From assembly GCA_963805925.1 (NCBI GenBank), contig CAWDWB010000007.1, positions 395,133 through 459,132 on the forward strand: DNA of 64,000 nucleotides, in the 5' to 3' direction. The notes under the pieces are model-generated. The model saw only the letters and a program-made list of their open reading frames with translations, had not been told where the DNA came from and did no database searches. Position 1 is the stretch's first letter; the number at the start of each line of letters is the position of its first letter. This stretch comes from an uncultured Acidobacteriota bacterium (GTDB taxonomy: Bacteria; Acidobacteriota; Terriglobia; Bryobacterales; UBA6623). A program made the position numbers and the translations under genes. This document shows, in pieces, positions 9,256 to 18,400 of the stretch.

Positions 9256-10470
9256 ATGCACCGTACTTGCTTGGTCGTGTTATCGACAGCGTTATTCGTC
9301 AGTTCCGCTGCGGCGCAGAACGTGGGCCTGGGCCGCAGCGCGCCCGGCGGCGCGGCGACCGGCTCCGTCGGCGGCGATCTTGGCGGCCAGCCGGGGCTCA
9401 ATAGCGGCGGCGGCTTCAATAGCGGACCTTCGACCTCACGCGCGGCGCAGCCCATTGTCATCTCCGGCAATGTCGTCTTGGCCTCGGGCGAAGTCCCTGT
9501 TGAGCCGGTTCCGATCAAACGAGTCTGCGGCCCGCAATCCTACTTGGAAGGCTACACGGATCAGAAGGGCAAGTTCGGCTTCCAGGTGGGAGGCAATACG
9601 GCGTTCGCTCTGACCGACGCCTCGATAGGCTCGGCGGCGCCGGGCATGCCGCAGGGCAGCGCCAGCAACGTTTTCAGCGGCTCGGAAAGCGAGGTTGGTT
9701 TGGGCGTTGACCTGACCGGTTGTACCCTGGTTGCCGATGCGCCGGGCTATCGTTCGAGCATCATTTATCTAAGCCGCCGCCGCAGCTTCGACCGGCCCGA
9801 CGTAGGCGCCATCACCTTAACGCCGAACGGCGAATCTCAAGACATTTTCGTCAGCGTGACGTCGCTAGCCGCGCCGAAGAAGGCGAAGTCGGCCTTTGAA
9901 AAAGCCATCAAGGAACTCAATAAAGGCGCCAGGGCTGATCCTCAAAAGGCGATTGAAGATCTTGAGAAGGCGGTGACCGAGTATCCGACCTATGCCGCGG
10001 CGTGGACGATCCTGGGCGAGACGAAGCAGAGAATGGGCGATCCGGTCGGCGCCGGCGAGGCTTTCGACCGGGCCATGGAAGCCGACCCGCGATACCTTCG
10101 TCCCTATGAGCCGTTAGTGCTGATGGCCGTCGACAAACAGGACTGGGAGCGGACGGTGCAGTTGGCGAGCGTGGCCTTGGGACTCGACCAATCGAACGTC
10201 AAGCTGCAGTGGTTAAATGCCGTCGGCCAATTCGAGTTAGGAAATCACGACGAGGCGCTGAGCGGTCTGACTAAAGTCGAAGCCGACGAGGCCGGCGCGC
10301 AAACGTATCCGCAGACGCACCACATCAAGGGGCTGATTTACTCGCGGCGCGGCCAGTACGCCGAGGCCGTCGCGGAACTGGAGCAGTTCTTAGAAGTTGC
10401 CCCGGACGGCCCCACGTCGGATGCGATTCGAACGCAGATCGCGGATTGGAAGGCGCAGGGCCTGGTATAA
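9256..10470 (+). CDS. Secreted carboxypeptidase-regulatory-like domain / TPR repeat protein
   Basis: Signal peptide, Gly-rich linker, then a CarboxypepD_reg-like segment (ISGNVVLASGEVPVEPVPIKRVCG..YTDQKGKFGF). The C-terminal half has TPR-like repeats (..AAWTILGETKQRMGDPVGAGEAFDRAMEADP..). Confidence 0.6.
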   Translation: MHRTCLVVLSTALFVSSAAAQNVGLGRSAPGGAATGSVGGDLGGQPGLNSGGGFNSGPSTSRAAQPIVISGNVVLASGEVPVEPVPIKRVCGPQSYLEGYTDQKGKFGFQVGGNTAFALTDASIGSAAPGMPQGSASNVFSGSESEVGLGVDLTGCTLVADAPGYRSSIIYLSRRRSFDRPDVGAITLTPNGESQDIFVSVTSLAAPKKAKSAFEKAIKELNKGARADPQKAIEDLEKAVTEYPTYAAAWTILGETKQRMGDPVGAGEAFDRAMEADPRYLRPYEPLVLMAVDKQDWERTVQLASVALGLDQSNVKLQWLNAVGQFELGNHDEALSGLTKVEADEAGAQTYPQTHHIKGLIYSRRGQYAEAVAELEQFLEVAPDGPTSDAIRTQIADWKAQGLV

Positions 10471-10488
10471 CGCAGGCCCCGCGGTTGG

Positions 10489-12792
10489 CTACGGCAGCGC
10501 TATGGGGATAACCGGCCCGACCGGCGTCGATTTGCCGTAAACGGTTAACACGACCTGTTGGTTGCCGGCTTGGGCGTTCGCCGGAATGCGAATGGCCGCT
10601 TGGTACAGGCCCGCCGTTCCTGGAGTCACGCCGACGTAGATCAAGTCCTCGGCGGCCAGTTGGATTCCGCCGAGGGTGATCTTAGGACTCGCCTCGGGGA
10701 GCAGCACTTGAGCGGCGGCGCTTGCCAGTTCACCTGTGGTCAGCCCCGCGGTCGTCTCGCCCCAGCCGGTGCCGTAAAGCAGGATGATGTCGCCGGGACT
10801 CGCCGGGCGGGACGGACCGTATTGGTCGTTGAACATGCCTGCCGGCGCCACGGCGACAGCGGCCTGCGTAGCCGTCGCATTGAAGCGCGCGGCGATGAAG
10901 CCGTTGGCGGCGACCGGGTTGAAGATGAAGAAGGCTGGCGTTGTTGCTTCCACCGTCACCATCTCCACGCCGCTGGTTAGATTCCGGGGCGCCGGCGATT
11001 CAAGCGACAGCGGGGCGCTCGTGAGCGCCGCGGCGGAGCCGCAATTGGCAACAACCGTAAAGCTTGCCGGGCCGAAGGCTTTGTTGGCCGAGACCTGGGC
11101 GTTGATTTGGCCGGGCGTCACGGCGAAGATCGGCAGTGCCTCGCCGTTCATCATCAAACAGGCGTCGCCGAGTGTTGTGGCAAGTTTGCCGTCGCCGGTC
11201 AAGTTGGGATAGAGGATCGTTTCGGTCGAGAAGTTCTCTCCGAAGACGCTGATGATCGAAAGAGGCGAGACGGTGTTTACCGTGGGCAACAAGTTGGCCA
11301 CGACGATTCCGCCGCTGCTGATGACCGGCTGTAGGCCGCCCGGTCCGCCCGAGAGCTTCGAGATGAAAATGTCGTCGCCGCCGGAAGAGGTCAGATTGAA
11401 GACGTCGGCCCCCGGATCAAAGTCGACGGTTCCGCCGAACACCCCGGAGGTGTAGATGTTGCCGTCGCCGTCGAGAGCAATGTTGGTTGCCCAGTCGTAC
11501 TCTGGACCGCCCATGCGCCGCGCCCAGACGAAGTTGCCGGCGCTGTCGAGCTTGGATACGTAGACGTCTTCGTTGCCGGCTGGGGTGAGGCTCGCCACGC
11601 CTGAGCCGGGGTCAAAGTCGACGGAGCCGGAAAAATAGCCCGCTGTGTACACATTGCCGCCGGCGTCTACGGCCACGTCGTCGCCCTGGGAATATCCGGT
11701 CCCTTTCAGCGCCTTGGCCCAGACGAAGTCGCCGCCGCTGTCCAGTTTGGAGATGAAGGCGTTGAACTCACCGGTGGAGGCGAGGTTGGCGACGCCGCCG
11801 CCGGGGTCGAAGTCAGCGGTTGCTGCGAACCAGCCGGTTGTGTAGACGCTACCGCCGGCGTCCACGGCCACCTGGAGGCCTCCATCCGAATCGCTTCCGC
11901 CCAGTTGCCTGGCCCAAACGAAGGCTCCTGCACTGTCGAGCTTCAGGACGAAGATATCGTTGTCGCCGGCGGAAGTCAGGTTAGCGCCTCCGGCGCCGGG
12001 GTCGAAATCGACGGTCCCGCCGAAGACCCCAGTGGTGTAGACGTTGCTGTTGGCGTCGAGAGCGAGGCCGTTGGCCCAGTCGTAATCGGAACCGCCAATC
12101 CGCCGCGCCCAAACGAAGTTGCCGGCGCTGTCGAGCTTGGATACGTAGACGTCTTCGTTGCCGGCTGGGGTGAGGCTGGCCACGCCCGAGCCGGGGTCAA
12201 AGTCGACGGAGCCGGAGAAGTAGCCCGCCGAGTAGACGTTGCCGCCGGCGTCTACGGCCACGTCGTCGCCCTGGGAATATCCGGTCCCTTTCAGCGCCTT
12301 GGCCCAGACGAAGTTGCCGCTGCTGTCCAGTTTGGAGATGAAGGCGTTGAACTCGCCGGTGGAGGCGAGGTTGGCGATGCCGGCGCCGGGGTCGAAGTCA
12401 GCCGTCCCTTCGAACCAGCCGGTGGTGTAGATATTGCCGGCGGCGTCCACGGTCACGTTCAAGCTCCGTTCCGAATTGCTTCCGCCCAACTGGCGGACCC
12501 AGACGAAAGCGCCTGCACTGTCGAGCTTCAGGACGAAGACGTCATCTTCTCCGGCGGAGGTCATGTTGGCGACGCCGGCGCCGGGGTCGAAATCGACGGT
12601 CCCGCCGAAATACCCCGTGACGTAGACGTTGCCGGCTGCGTCGGTCGTCACGTCATATCCTCCGTCGTCTTGCGTGCCGCCCAATCCGCGAGCCCAAGAG
12701 AAGTCTTGACCGTGCAGGGCGGCGACCGGTAGGAACAAGGCGATGAGAACCGATAAGCCGAATTTGATAGTGGAGCTAGCCGAACGAGTCAA
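10489..12792 (-). CDS. SBBP (beta-propeller) repeat surface protein with TIGR03437-type 'Solibacter' C-terminal domain
   Basis: 767 aa with a signal peptide. There are about 11 repeats of ..G(T/S)VDFDPG.G...LTS.G..D.F(V/I)(S/L)KLDS.G.FVWA... The C-terminus (..GQINAQV..PGDIILLYGTGWG..YVGVTPGTAGLYQAAIRIP..) matches the Solibacter C-terminal domain as I recall it. Confidence 0.85.
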   Translation of the reverse strand: MTRSASSTIKFGLSVLIALFLPVAALHGQDFSWARGLGGTQDDGGYDVTTDAAGNVYVTGYFGGTVDFDPGAGVANMTSAGEDDVFVLKLDSAGAFVWVRQLGGSNSERSLNVTVDAAGNIYTTGWFEGTADFDPGAGIANLASTGEFNAFISKLDSSGNFVWAKALKGTGYSQGDDVAVDAGGNVYSAGYFSGSVDFDPGSGVASLTPAGNEDVYVSKLDSAGNFVWARRIGGSDYDWANGLALDANSNVYTTGVFGGTVDFDPGAGGANLTSAGDNDIFVLKLDSAGAFVWARQLGGSDSDGGLQVAVDAGGSVYTTGWFAATADFDPGGGVANLASTGEFNAFISKLDSGGDFVWAKALKGTGYSQGDDVAVDAGGNVYTAGYFSGSVDFDPGSGVASLTPAGNEDVYVSKLDSAGNFVWARRMGGPEYDWATNIALDGDGNIYTSGVFGGTVDFDPGADVFNLTSSGGDDIFISKLSGGPGGLQPVISSGGIVVANLLPTVNTVSPLSIISVFGENFSTETILYPNLTGDGKLATTLGDACLMMNGEALPIFAVTPGQINAQVSANKAFGPASFTVVANCGSAAALTSAPLSLESPAPRNLTSGVEMVTVEATTPAFFIFNPVAANGFIAARFNATATQAAVAVAPAGMFNDQYGPSRPASPGDIILLYGTGWGETTAGLTTGELASAAAQVLLPEASPKITLGGIQLAAEDLIYVGVTPGTAGLYQAAIRIPANAQAGNQQVVLTVYGKSTPVGPVIPIALP
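11400..12650 (-). repeat. Intragenic in-frame tandem duplication (unit 585 nt = 195 aa, about 3 SBBP repeats)
   Basis: Segment 11528-~11830 matches 12113-~12415 at about 95% identity (offset exactly 585 nt). Flanks align at about 75-80%. The protein shows STGEFNAFISKLDS.G.FVWAKALKGTGYSQGDDVAVDAGGNVY..AGNEDVYVSKLDSAGNFVWARR twice. Confidence 0.8.
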
Positions 12793-13033
12793 TGCCGCAC
12801 CTCCCGTGCCGCGACCGAACGGATAGAAAAAACAGGACGTCTCCGCAGAGAATTGCCTGACAGGAACGCGGCAAGTCGATGCAAGAACGGCGAGCGAAGG
12901 GACTGCCTTGCGATCGACTCGCAGAGTTTAACATGCGAGATTTGTCCCGTCATTAGAATAATTCCGCCTTGCATTTCTGACGGGGAAATGCCTGCCGGAC
13001 TAGACTGAATGGTTCGTTACAGCGTGATTTGCG

Positions 13034-13438
13034 ATGCGACCCCAGCCTTTGATCTGCGTCCAAGACGTTGAGGCGAGCAGCCTTTGGTATCAGCGGTTGC
13101 TGGGCTGTGACAGCGCTCATGGCGGCTGCGAGTATGAGCGGCTGGTCACCAAGGATGGGAAGCTCATCCTGCAGTTGCACAGTTGGGAAGTTGACCATCA
13201 CCACGGGCCGATCGGGGATCCTGCGATCGCTCGCGGAAACGGCGTTTTGCTGTGGTTCGAGGTGGACGATTTCGACGAAGCGGCAGCGCGGGCGGAGCAG
13301 CTTCAGGCGCAAGTCGTGATGGCCCGCCACAGGAACCCGCCCGAGGGCGACGGCGGACCGAATCATTGGGAGACTTGGCTTCGGGATTTGGACGGGTATA
13401 TGGTTGTGCTCGCGAGCCCGGACGGATCGGCCGGCTAA
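13034..13438 (+). CDS. VOC (glyoxalase/bleomycin-resistance/dioxygenase) family protein
   Basis: 134 aa. ..ICVQDVEASSLWYQRLLG.. and ..WLRDLDGYMVVLASPDG.. are typical beta-alpha-beta-beta-beta module ends of VOC proteins. Confidence 0.7.
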   Translation: MRPQPLICVQDVEASSLWYQRLLGCDSAHGGCEYERLVTKDGKLILQLHSWEVDHHHGPIGDPAIARGNGVLLWFEVDDFDEAAARAEQLQAQVVMARHRNPPEGDGGPNHWETWLRDLDGYMVVLASPDGSAG

Positions 13439-13649
13439 ATGACGCCCCGTCTCCAGAAAATTTGGAGGCTCATGCTACAACGGAATTAGAAGATCCCTGG
13501 TTGGGCCGAGCACGGTCAGGGGCGCCGGTGCACCGGCTGCAGTGTTTGGGGCATGCCGATGAGGCCAAACGAAACGGCAGCGTAAGAGCGAAACAGAAAC
13601 TAGGGTCGACCCAAAGACATCTCCGGTTCCCCGCTTGGAAGGGAATCCG

Positions 13650-13679
13650 CCCGCCGTTCCGGCGGGTTTTCTTGTTTTA
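13650..13679 (+). terminator. Rho-independent terminator-like hairpin with T tract
   Basis: CCCGCCG-TTC-CGGCGGG (7-bp GC stem, 13650-13666) followed by TTTTCTTGTTTT. It lies about 210 nt downstream of the VOC stop, inside a 544-bp convergent intergenic region. Confidence 0.5.
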
Positions 13680-13982
13680 CGGCAAGAAAGCCCGTCGGGC
13701 GGCGGTATTTTCACTCACTTCGTCAATCCCCAGCCCCAGGTCCATCCCAGGGCCAACCCTCGCCCCAGCCTCGATGCGGAATGCCTACCGCAGCAGAGCC
13801 GCGAACGTCAGGGAGCGATCTCTTCACCAACCTCCAACCCAAGGTCCTTCTCAGGGCCAAACCTCGGCCGCTCGTAACGGGCGTTGTCCCCTTTGTTCTG
13901 TTCCCTTTGTTCAGAAAGGGCCGACTCCGGGAAGGGAGTATGCCCCCCCCGGCAGATCGACTTCATGCAGGTTCGTTACGGC

Positions 13983-16302
13983 TCAATTCAGCGCGACGGG
14001 AACGACGGGGCCAACTGGCGTTGACTTGCCGTAGACGGTCAAGACGACTTGATTGTTACCCGCCTGCGCGGTGGTGGGGACACGAATCGCTGCTTGGTAG
14101 AGGCCCGCTGTGCCGGGCGTGACCCCGACGTAGAAGATGTCGTCGGGCGACATCACGATACCGCCGAAAGTGATTTTCGGACTCGCTTTGGGCAGTACCT
14201 CGGCTGCGACGGAGGCCAACTCGCCCGTGGCCAACCCTGCTGTGGTTGGGCCCCAGCCCGTTCCGTAGAGCAGAATAATGTCCCCCGGCTTGGCCGGCCG
14301 CGATGGGCCGAACTGGTCGTTGAACAGACCGACTAGGGCACCGGCCACGGCCGGTTGGGTCTCGGTTGCATTGAAGCGTGCGGCGATCAGTCCGTCAGCC
14401 GCCACCGGGCTGAAGATGAAGAACGCGGGCGTCGCTTCCTCAACGGTCGCCATCTCGGCGGCGCTGGTGAGCGTTCGACGAGCAGGCGACTCGGAGCGGA
14501 ACGGCTCGCTGCTGAGAGCGTTTACCGTGCCGCAGTTGGAGACCACGGTTGAAGCTAGCTGGCCCCAAAGTCTGCGTCGCCGAGACCTGGGCGTTGATCT
14601 GTCCCGGCGTCACCGCGAAGATGGGCAGCTCTTCGCCATTCATCATCAGGCAGGTATTGCCGAGGATGGTTGCCAGTTTGCCTTGGGCGTCGAGGTCAGG
14701 ATAGAGAATGGTCTCGGTGGAAAAGTTTTGACCGAAGACGCTGATGATGGAGAGCGGCGAGATAGTGCTGACGGTCGGCAGCAGATTGGCGACGACCACG
14801 CCGCCGCTGCTGATAACTGGCGGGAGGCCGCCTTGTCCGGTGGACAGCTTGAACAGGAATATGTCATCGCTGCCGGATGAGGTTAACTTCGAGGGGGCGC
14901 CGGTGGGGTTGAAGTCGGCCGTTCCGTTGAACCAGCCTGTCGTCAAGATGTCGCCGCTGCCGTCAATGGCGATGCTCTCGGCGGACTCGTCTGCTTTCCC
15001 GCCTTTTCTTTGAGCCCAGACGAAGTCTCCGGAACTGTCGAGCTTGGAGACGAAAATGTCGTCCCCGCCGGCAGAAGTCAGGTTGGAGACGCCTGTACCG
15101 GGATCGAAGTCGGCTGTCCCGTCGAACAAGCCGGCGATATAGACGTTGTTGGCGCTGTCGACGACAAGGCCCGCGCCGTAGTCATACTGTGATCCGCCCA
15201 GGCGGCGAGCCCAGACGAAGTTGCCGGCGGCGTCGAGCTTGGAGACGAAGATGTCGTCGCTGTTGCCGGAGTTGATGCTAAAGGCGCCCGGACCGGGGTC
15301 GAAATCGACGGCGCCGAAGAAAGTCCCGGTCGTCAGGACGCTGCCGCTGCTGTCGACGGCAATTCCGCCGCCGAAGTCGCCGCCCGACGCGCCGAAAGAT
15401 CGCGCCCAGGCCAGGGTTCCAGCGGAGTCGAACCTGGCGACGTAGACGTCGATGTCTCCCTTCGAGGAGAGATTGGAAATGCCCGGGCCGGGGTCGAAGT
15501 CAACAGCATTTTGGAACGCCCCGATGGTGTAGATATTTGCGGCGGCGTCCAGAACCAGACTGTTGCCGTAGTCATAGCCCGATCCGCCATAGCGTCGACC
15601 CCAAATGAAGTTGCCTGCACTGTCGAGCTTGGAGAGGAAGACGTCATCGAATCCAGCCGCGGCGGCATTGGAGACGCCAGCGCCGGGATCTAGGTCGATA
15701 GTCCCGTAGAAGTATCCCGTCGAGTAAACATTGCCGGCGCTGTCCGCCGCAACGCTGTCGCCTTCGGAGAGGTCCGTTCCGCCGAGTTGTTTGACCCAGA
15801 CGAAATCGCCGTTGCTGTCTAGCTTAGAGATGAAGCAAGAGTATTCGTTGGCCGTCGTAAGGTTGGATTCCCCGGGTCCGGGGTCGAAGTCGACGGTCGC
15901 CCGAAACCAGCCGGTGGTCAGCACGTTTCCGGAGGGATCCACAGCGATACTGGTGCCGGCGTCCGAGTCCGGGCCGCCGAAACTGCGCGCCCAGAGCAGC
16001 ATGCCGGCGCTATCGTACTTGGCGACGAAGATATCGCGATCGCCGGCTGAAGTGAGTTTGGAGACGCCTGCGCCAGGATCGAAGTCGACCGTGCCGCGGT
16101 AGTACCCGGTGATGTAGGAGTTGCCTGCAGCGTCAGCTGCTACGTCAAAGCCGACGTCGGACTGCGACGAGCCCATCTTTCGGGCCCAAGCGAGGTCTTG
16201 ACCCTGTGCCTGCGAGATCGGTAGAAACAATGCGGAGAGAATGAAGACAAAAATGAAGGTGAATATATTGGGAATGAACACCATATACCTCAAGCGATAC
16301 AA
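13983..16302 (-). pseudogene. SBBP repeat protein with TIGR03437-type C-terminal domain, paralog of 10489..12792, split by a 1-nt insertion
   Basis: ORF 14440..16302 has a signal peptide and SBBP repeats, and ends ..GQINAQVSATQTLGPASF. ORF 13983..14546 reads VVSNCGTVNAL..PAFFIFSPVAADGLIAARFN..GDIILLYGTGWG... The two are contiguous when compared with the paralog (GPASFTVVANCG). The junction reads TTC AAC CGT GGT where TTC ACC GTG GTC is expected (extra base at plus-strand ~14549-14550). Confidence 0.8.
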
Positions 16303-16445
16303 TCAAAATTGAACCGGCGAGAGGCCTGGAGCCGCTCCCGACCCGCCGAGCGACGGAGGAAGCGGATACCGCTTCCCGCTCGATTTCGAATCGTAACATG
16401 TGGTTTCGGAAGCCGTCCCATCGGGACGCCGATTGAGAAGCCGCG

Positions 16446-18338
16446 TTACCCGAGGAACTTCGGATCGAGCTCAACACCGCAGCCGCGGACGGCTTCTTCG
16501 AGAGCCCAGCCGGTGAAGGCGTTGTACATGAAGTCGATGAAGCCGCTGTTGGTGGAGTCGTCGCGGCGGACTTCGATGGCCTTTTGCATCGCCGGCAGAA
16601 TGGGGCAGGCGTCTTTGCCGACCAGTAATGCTGTGCGGGCGGCGTAGAGGACAGTTGTCACGCGTTCGTCGGCCAGCCACTTTTCTAGAGTCGGCAGGGC
16701 GGCGCGGCAGTCTCCCATGGTGCACAGGGCGTGGGCGGCGGCGATGGCGACGGCGGGTGATTGATCGCCCAGCGCGGCCCGCAAATTCGGGCGAGCGCTA
16801 GCTCCGTCGAGGCCGAGATTCAGCAAGGCTTGGACAGCCCAGAAGCGGACGATGGATTCGGGGTCGTCGAGTTTAGCGACGATCGCGGGCACGTCCGTCG
16901 TGCCCACGAGTTCGGCGGCGTTGATGATCTTTTCGATGTCGTAGTCGGGGCTATGCGCCCACTCATAAGGCGACGAGCCTTCCGAACGAATCATCATTTC
17001 GGGCTCGAAGCTAATTCCCACATCGCGAATATCGATGAGTTGATCGTGCAGCTGTTTGCGGAATGCATTGATGCGGTCGGCCTGGTCGGGCGCGGTTGCC
17101 AGGTTCGTCAGCTCGTGCGGATCGTCGACGAGGTTATAGAGTTCTTCGGCTGGCTTGCGGTGGTACATCTTTTCGGACTCGGCGGGCAGTTCGCCGGCGG
17201 CGTGCAGGCGGTTGAGTTCCTTGAACGAAGTCTTGCCGTCGCCGAAGATGCGTCCGGGTTGGATGTAAGGCAGATAGGGCATGAAGTGCCGGACGTAGAT
17301 GTATTCGCCGGTGTGGATGGCGCGGGAGACTTCGTGCATGTCGTCGGCGCGTCCGCGGTAGCCGAAGACGTAGTCGCGCCGGGCCGGGAGGTTGGGGCCG
17401 AGGAAGGGCAGGCCTTGCATGTTCGCGGGAATCGCGACGCCGGCAAGGTTCAACGTGGTGGGCCCGAAGTCGACGAAACTGACCAGGTCGGCGTCTTCAG
17501 AGCCCGGCGCGGTCTGAGCGAGCTGGCGGTATTTCTCCGGCACGTACGCGATGAACGGTACGCGCATGCCGGAGTCGGTGAGCCAGCGCTTGTAGCGCGG
17601 CATGCCCCAGCCGTGGTCCCCGAAGATGAAGATGATGGTGTTGTCGAGTTGGTTGTCTTGGCGAAGGCGTTCGACGATGTTGCCGACTTCGACGTCGAAG
17701 GTGGTGACGAGGTCATGGACGCGGGCCCACTGGCGATGAAACTCCGGGGTGTCGGGGTAATAGGGCGGGACAGTGACCTTGTCAGGATCGTGCAGCAGTT
17801 CCTTGGGCAGATCGGCGATGGCGCGCTTGTAGCTCTCGAGGTTGTTGCTGGGGCCTTCGTGGGTCGGGCCGTAGGTGATGATGCTGAAGAAGGGTTGACC
17901 TTCGGCGGCGCCGCGCCAGGGGGCGGGGTCGTTTTTGCGCAGATCGAAGATGCCATCGGCCGTGAAGTTGAAATCGGTCTTGCTGCCGGAAGTGACGTAA
18001 TAGCCGGCGCGCTTCAGATATTCCGGTACGGTGTCGATGCCGGGAGTGCGCGGGATGTCGGAGCGTAGGTGCTCGGTTCCGAGCGAGGGCGCGTACATGC
18101 CGGTGATGAGGGTGGAGCGGGCGGGCGCGCAAATGGGAGCGTTGGCGAAGGCGTTGCGGTAGAGGATGCCTTCGGCGGCGAGCTTATCCAGGTTCGGCGT
18201 ATAGGCTTCGGGAATGTCATAGGCGCCCCAGGAAGGGGAGATGTCCTCGGCGTTGAGCCAGATGATATTGGGCGGGCGGTCGGGCTGCGAAGAGCAGGCG
18301 CAGACGAAAAGGAGCAGGATGGCGAGGCTTGTACGCAT
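16446..18338 (-). CDS. Cys-type sulfatase (arylsulfatase family) lipoprotein with C-terminal HEAT-like repeat extension
   Basis: Lipobox LLFVCACSS. FGly motif PICAPARSTLITG (C-x-P-x-R). ..IFIFGDHGWG... The last ~160 aa carry HEAT/PBS-lyase-like repeats (..DDPESIVRFWAVQALLNLG..LGDQSPAVAIAAAHALCTMGD..). Confidence 0.9.
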   Translation of the reverse strand: MRTSLAILLLFVCACSSQPDRPPNIIWLNAEDISPSWGAYDIPEAYTPNLDKLAAEGILYRNAFANAPICAPARSTLITGMYAPSLGTEHLRSDIPRTPGIDTVPEYLKRAGYYVTSGSKTDFNFTADGIFDLRKNDPAPWRGAAEGQPFFSIITYGPTHEGPSNNLESYKRAIADLPKELLHDPDKVTVPPYYPDTPEFHRQWARVHDLVTTFDVEVGNIVERLRQDNQLDNTIIFIFGDHGWGMPRYKRWLTDSGMRVPFIAYVPEKYRQLAQTAPGSEDADLVSFVDFGPTTLNLAGVAIPANMQGLPFLGPNLPARRDYVFGYRGRADDMHEVSRAIHTGEYIYVRHFMPYLPYIQPGRIFGDGKTSFKELNRLHAAGELPAESEKMYHRKPAEELYNLVDDPHELTNLATAPDQADRINAFRKQLHDQLIDIRDVGISFEPEMMIRSEGSSPYEWAHSPDYDIEKIINAAELVGTTDVPAIVAKLDDPESIVRFWAVQALLNLGLDGASARPNLRAALGDQSPAVAIAAAHALCTMGDCRAALPTLEKWLADERVTTVLYAARTALLVGKDACPILPAMQKAIEVRRDDSTNSGFIDFMYNAFTGWALEEAVRGCGVELDPKFLG

Positions 18339-18400
18339 TTTGGGGAACCGGATGGGGGGAACTGTAGCATGGAGAGGAGTGGGTTGGACGCACTGACGAA

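Noticed and set aside
11400-12650. Periodic near-identical DNA repeats that could superficially resemble a CRISPR-like or satellite array
   Set aside because: The period is 585 nt and in frame. The repeats encode SBBP propeller blades within one continuous ORF. There are no short repeat/spacer units and no cas genes.
13725-13870. Two ~42-bp C-rich direct repeats considered as a minimal CRISPR array
   Set aside because: There are only two copies at about 79% identity. No dyad symmetry typical of CRISPR repeats is present, and no cas genes or leader are seen. It is reported only as an unexplained repeat.
16761-18068. 435-aa ORF on the plus strand (plus several 110-200-aa ORFs in the same area)
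   Set aside because: It is antisense to the Cys-type sulfatase gene, which has the C-x-P-x-R motif. Composition is low-complexity and Gly/Val/Asp/Ala-rich, with no motifs.
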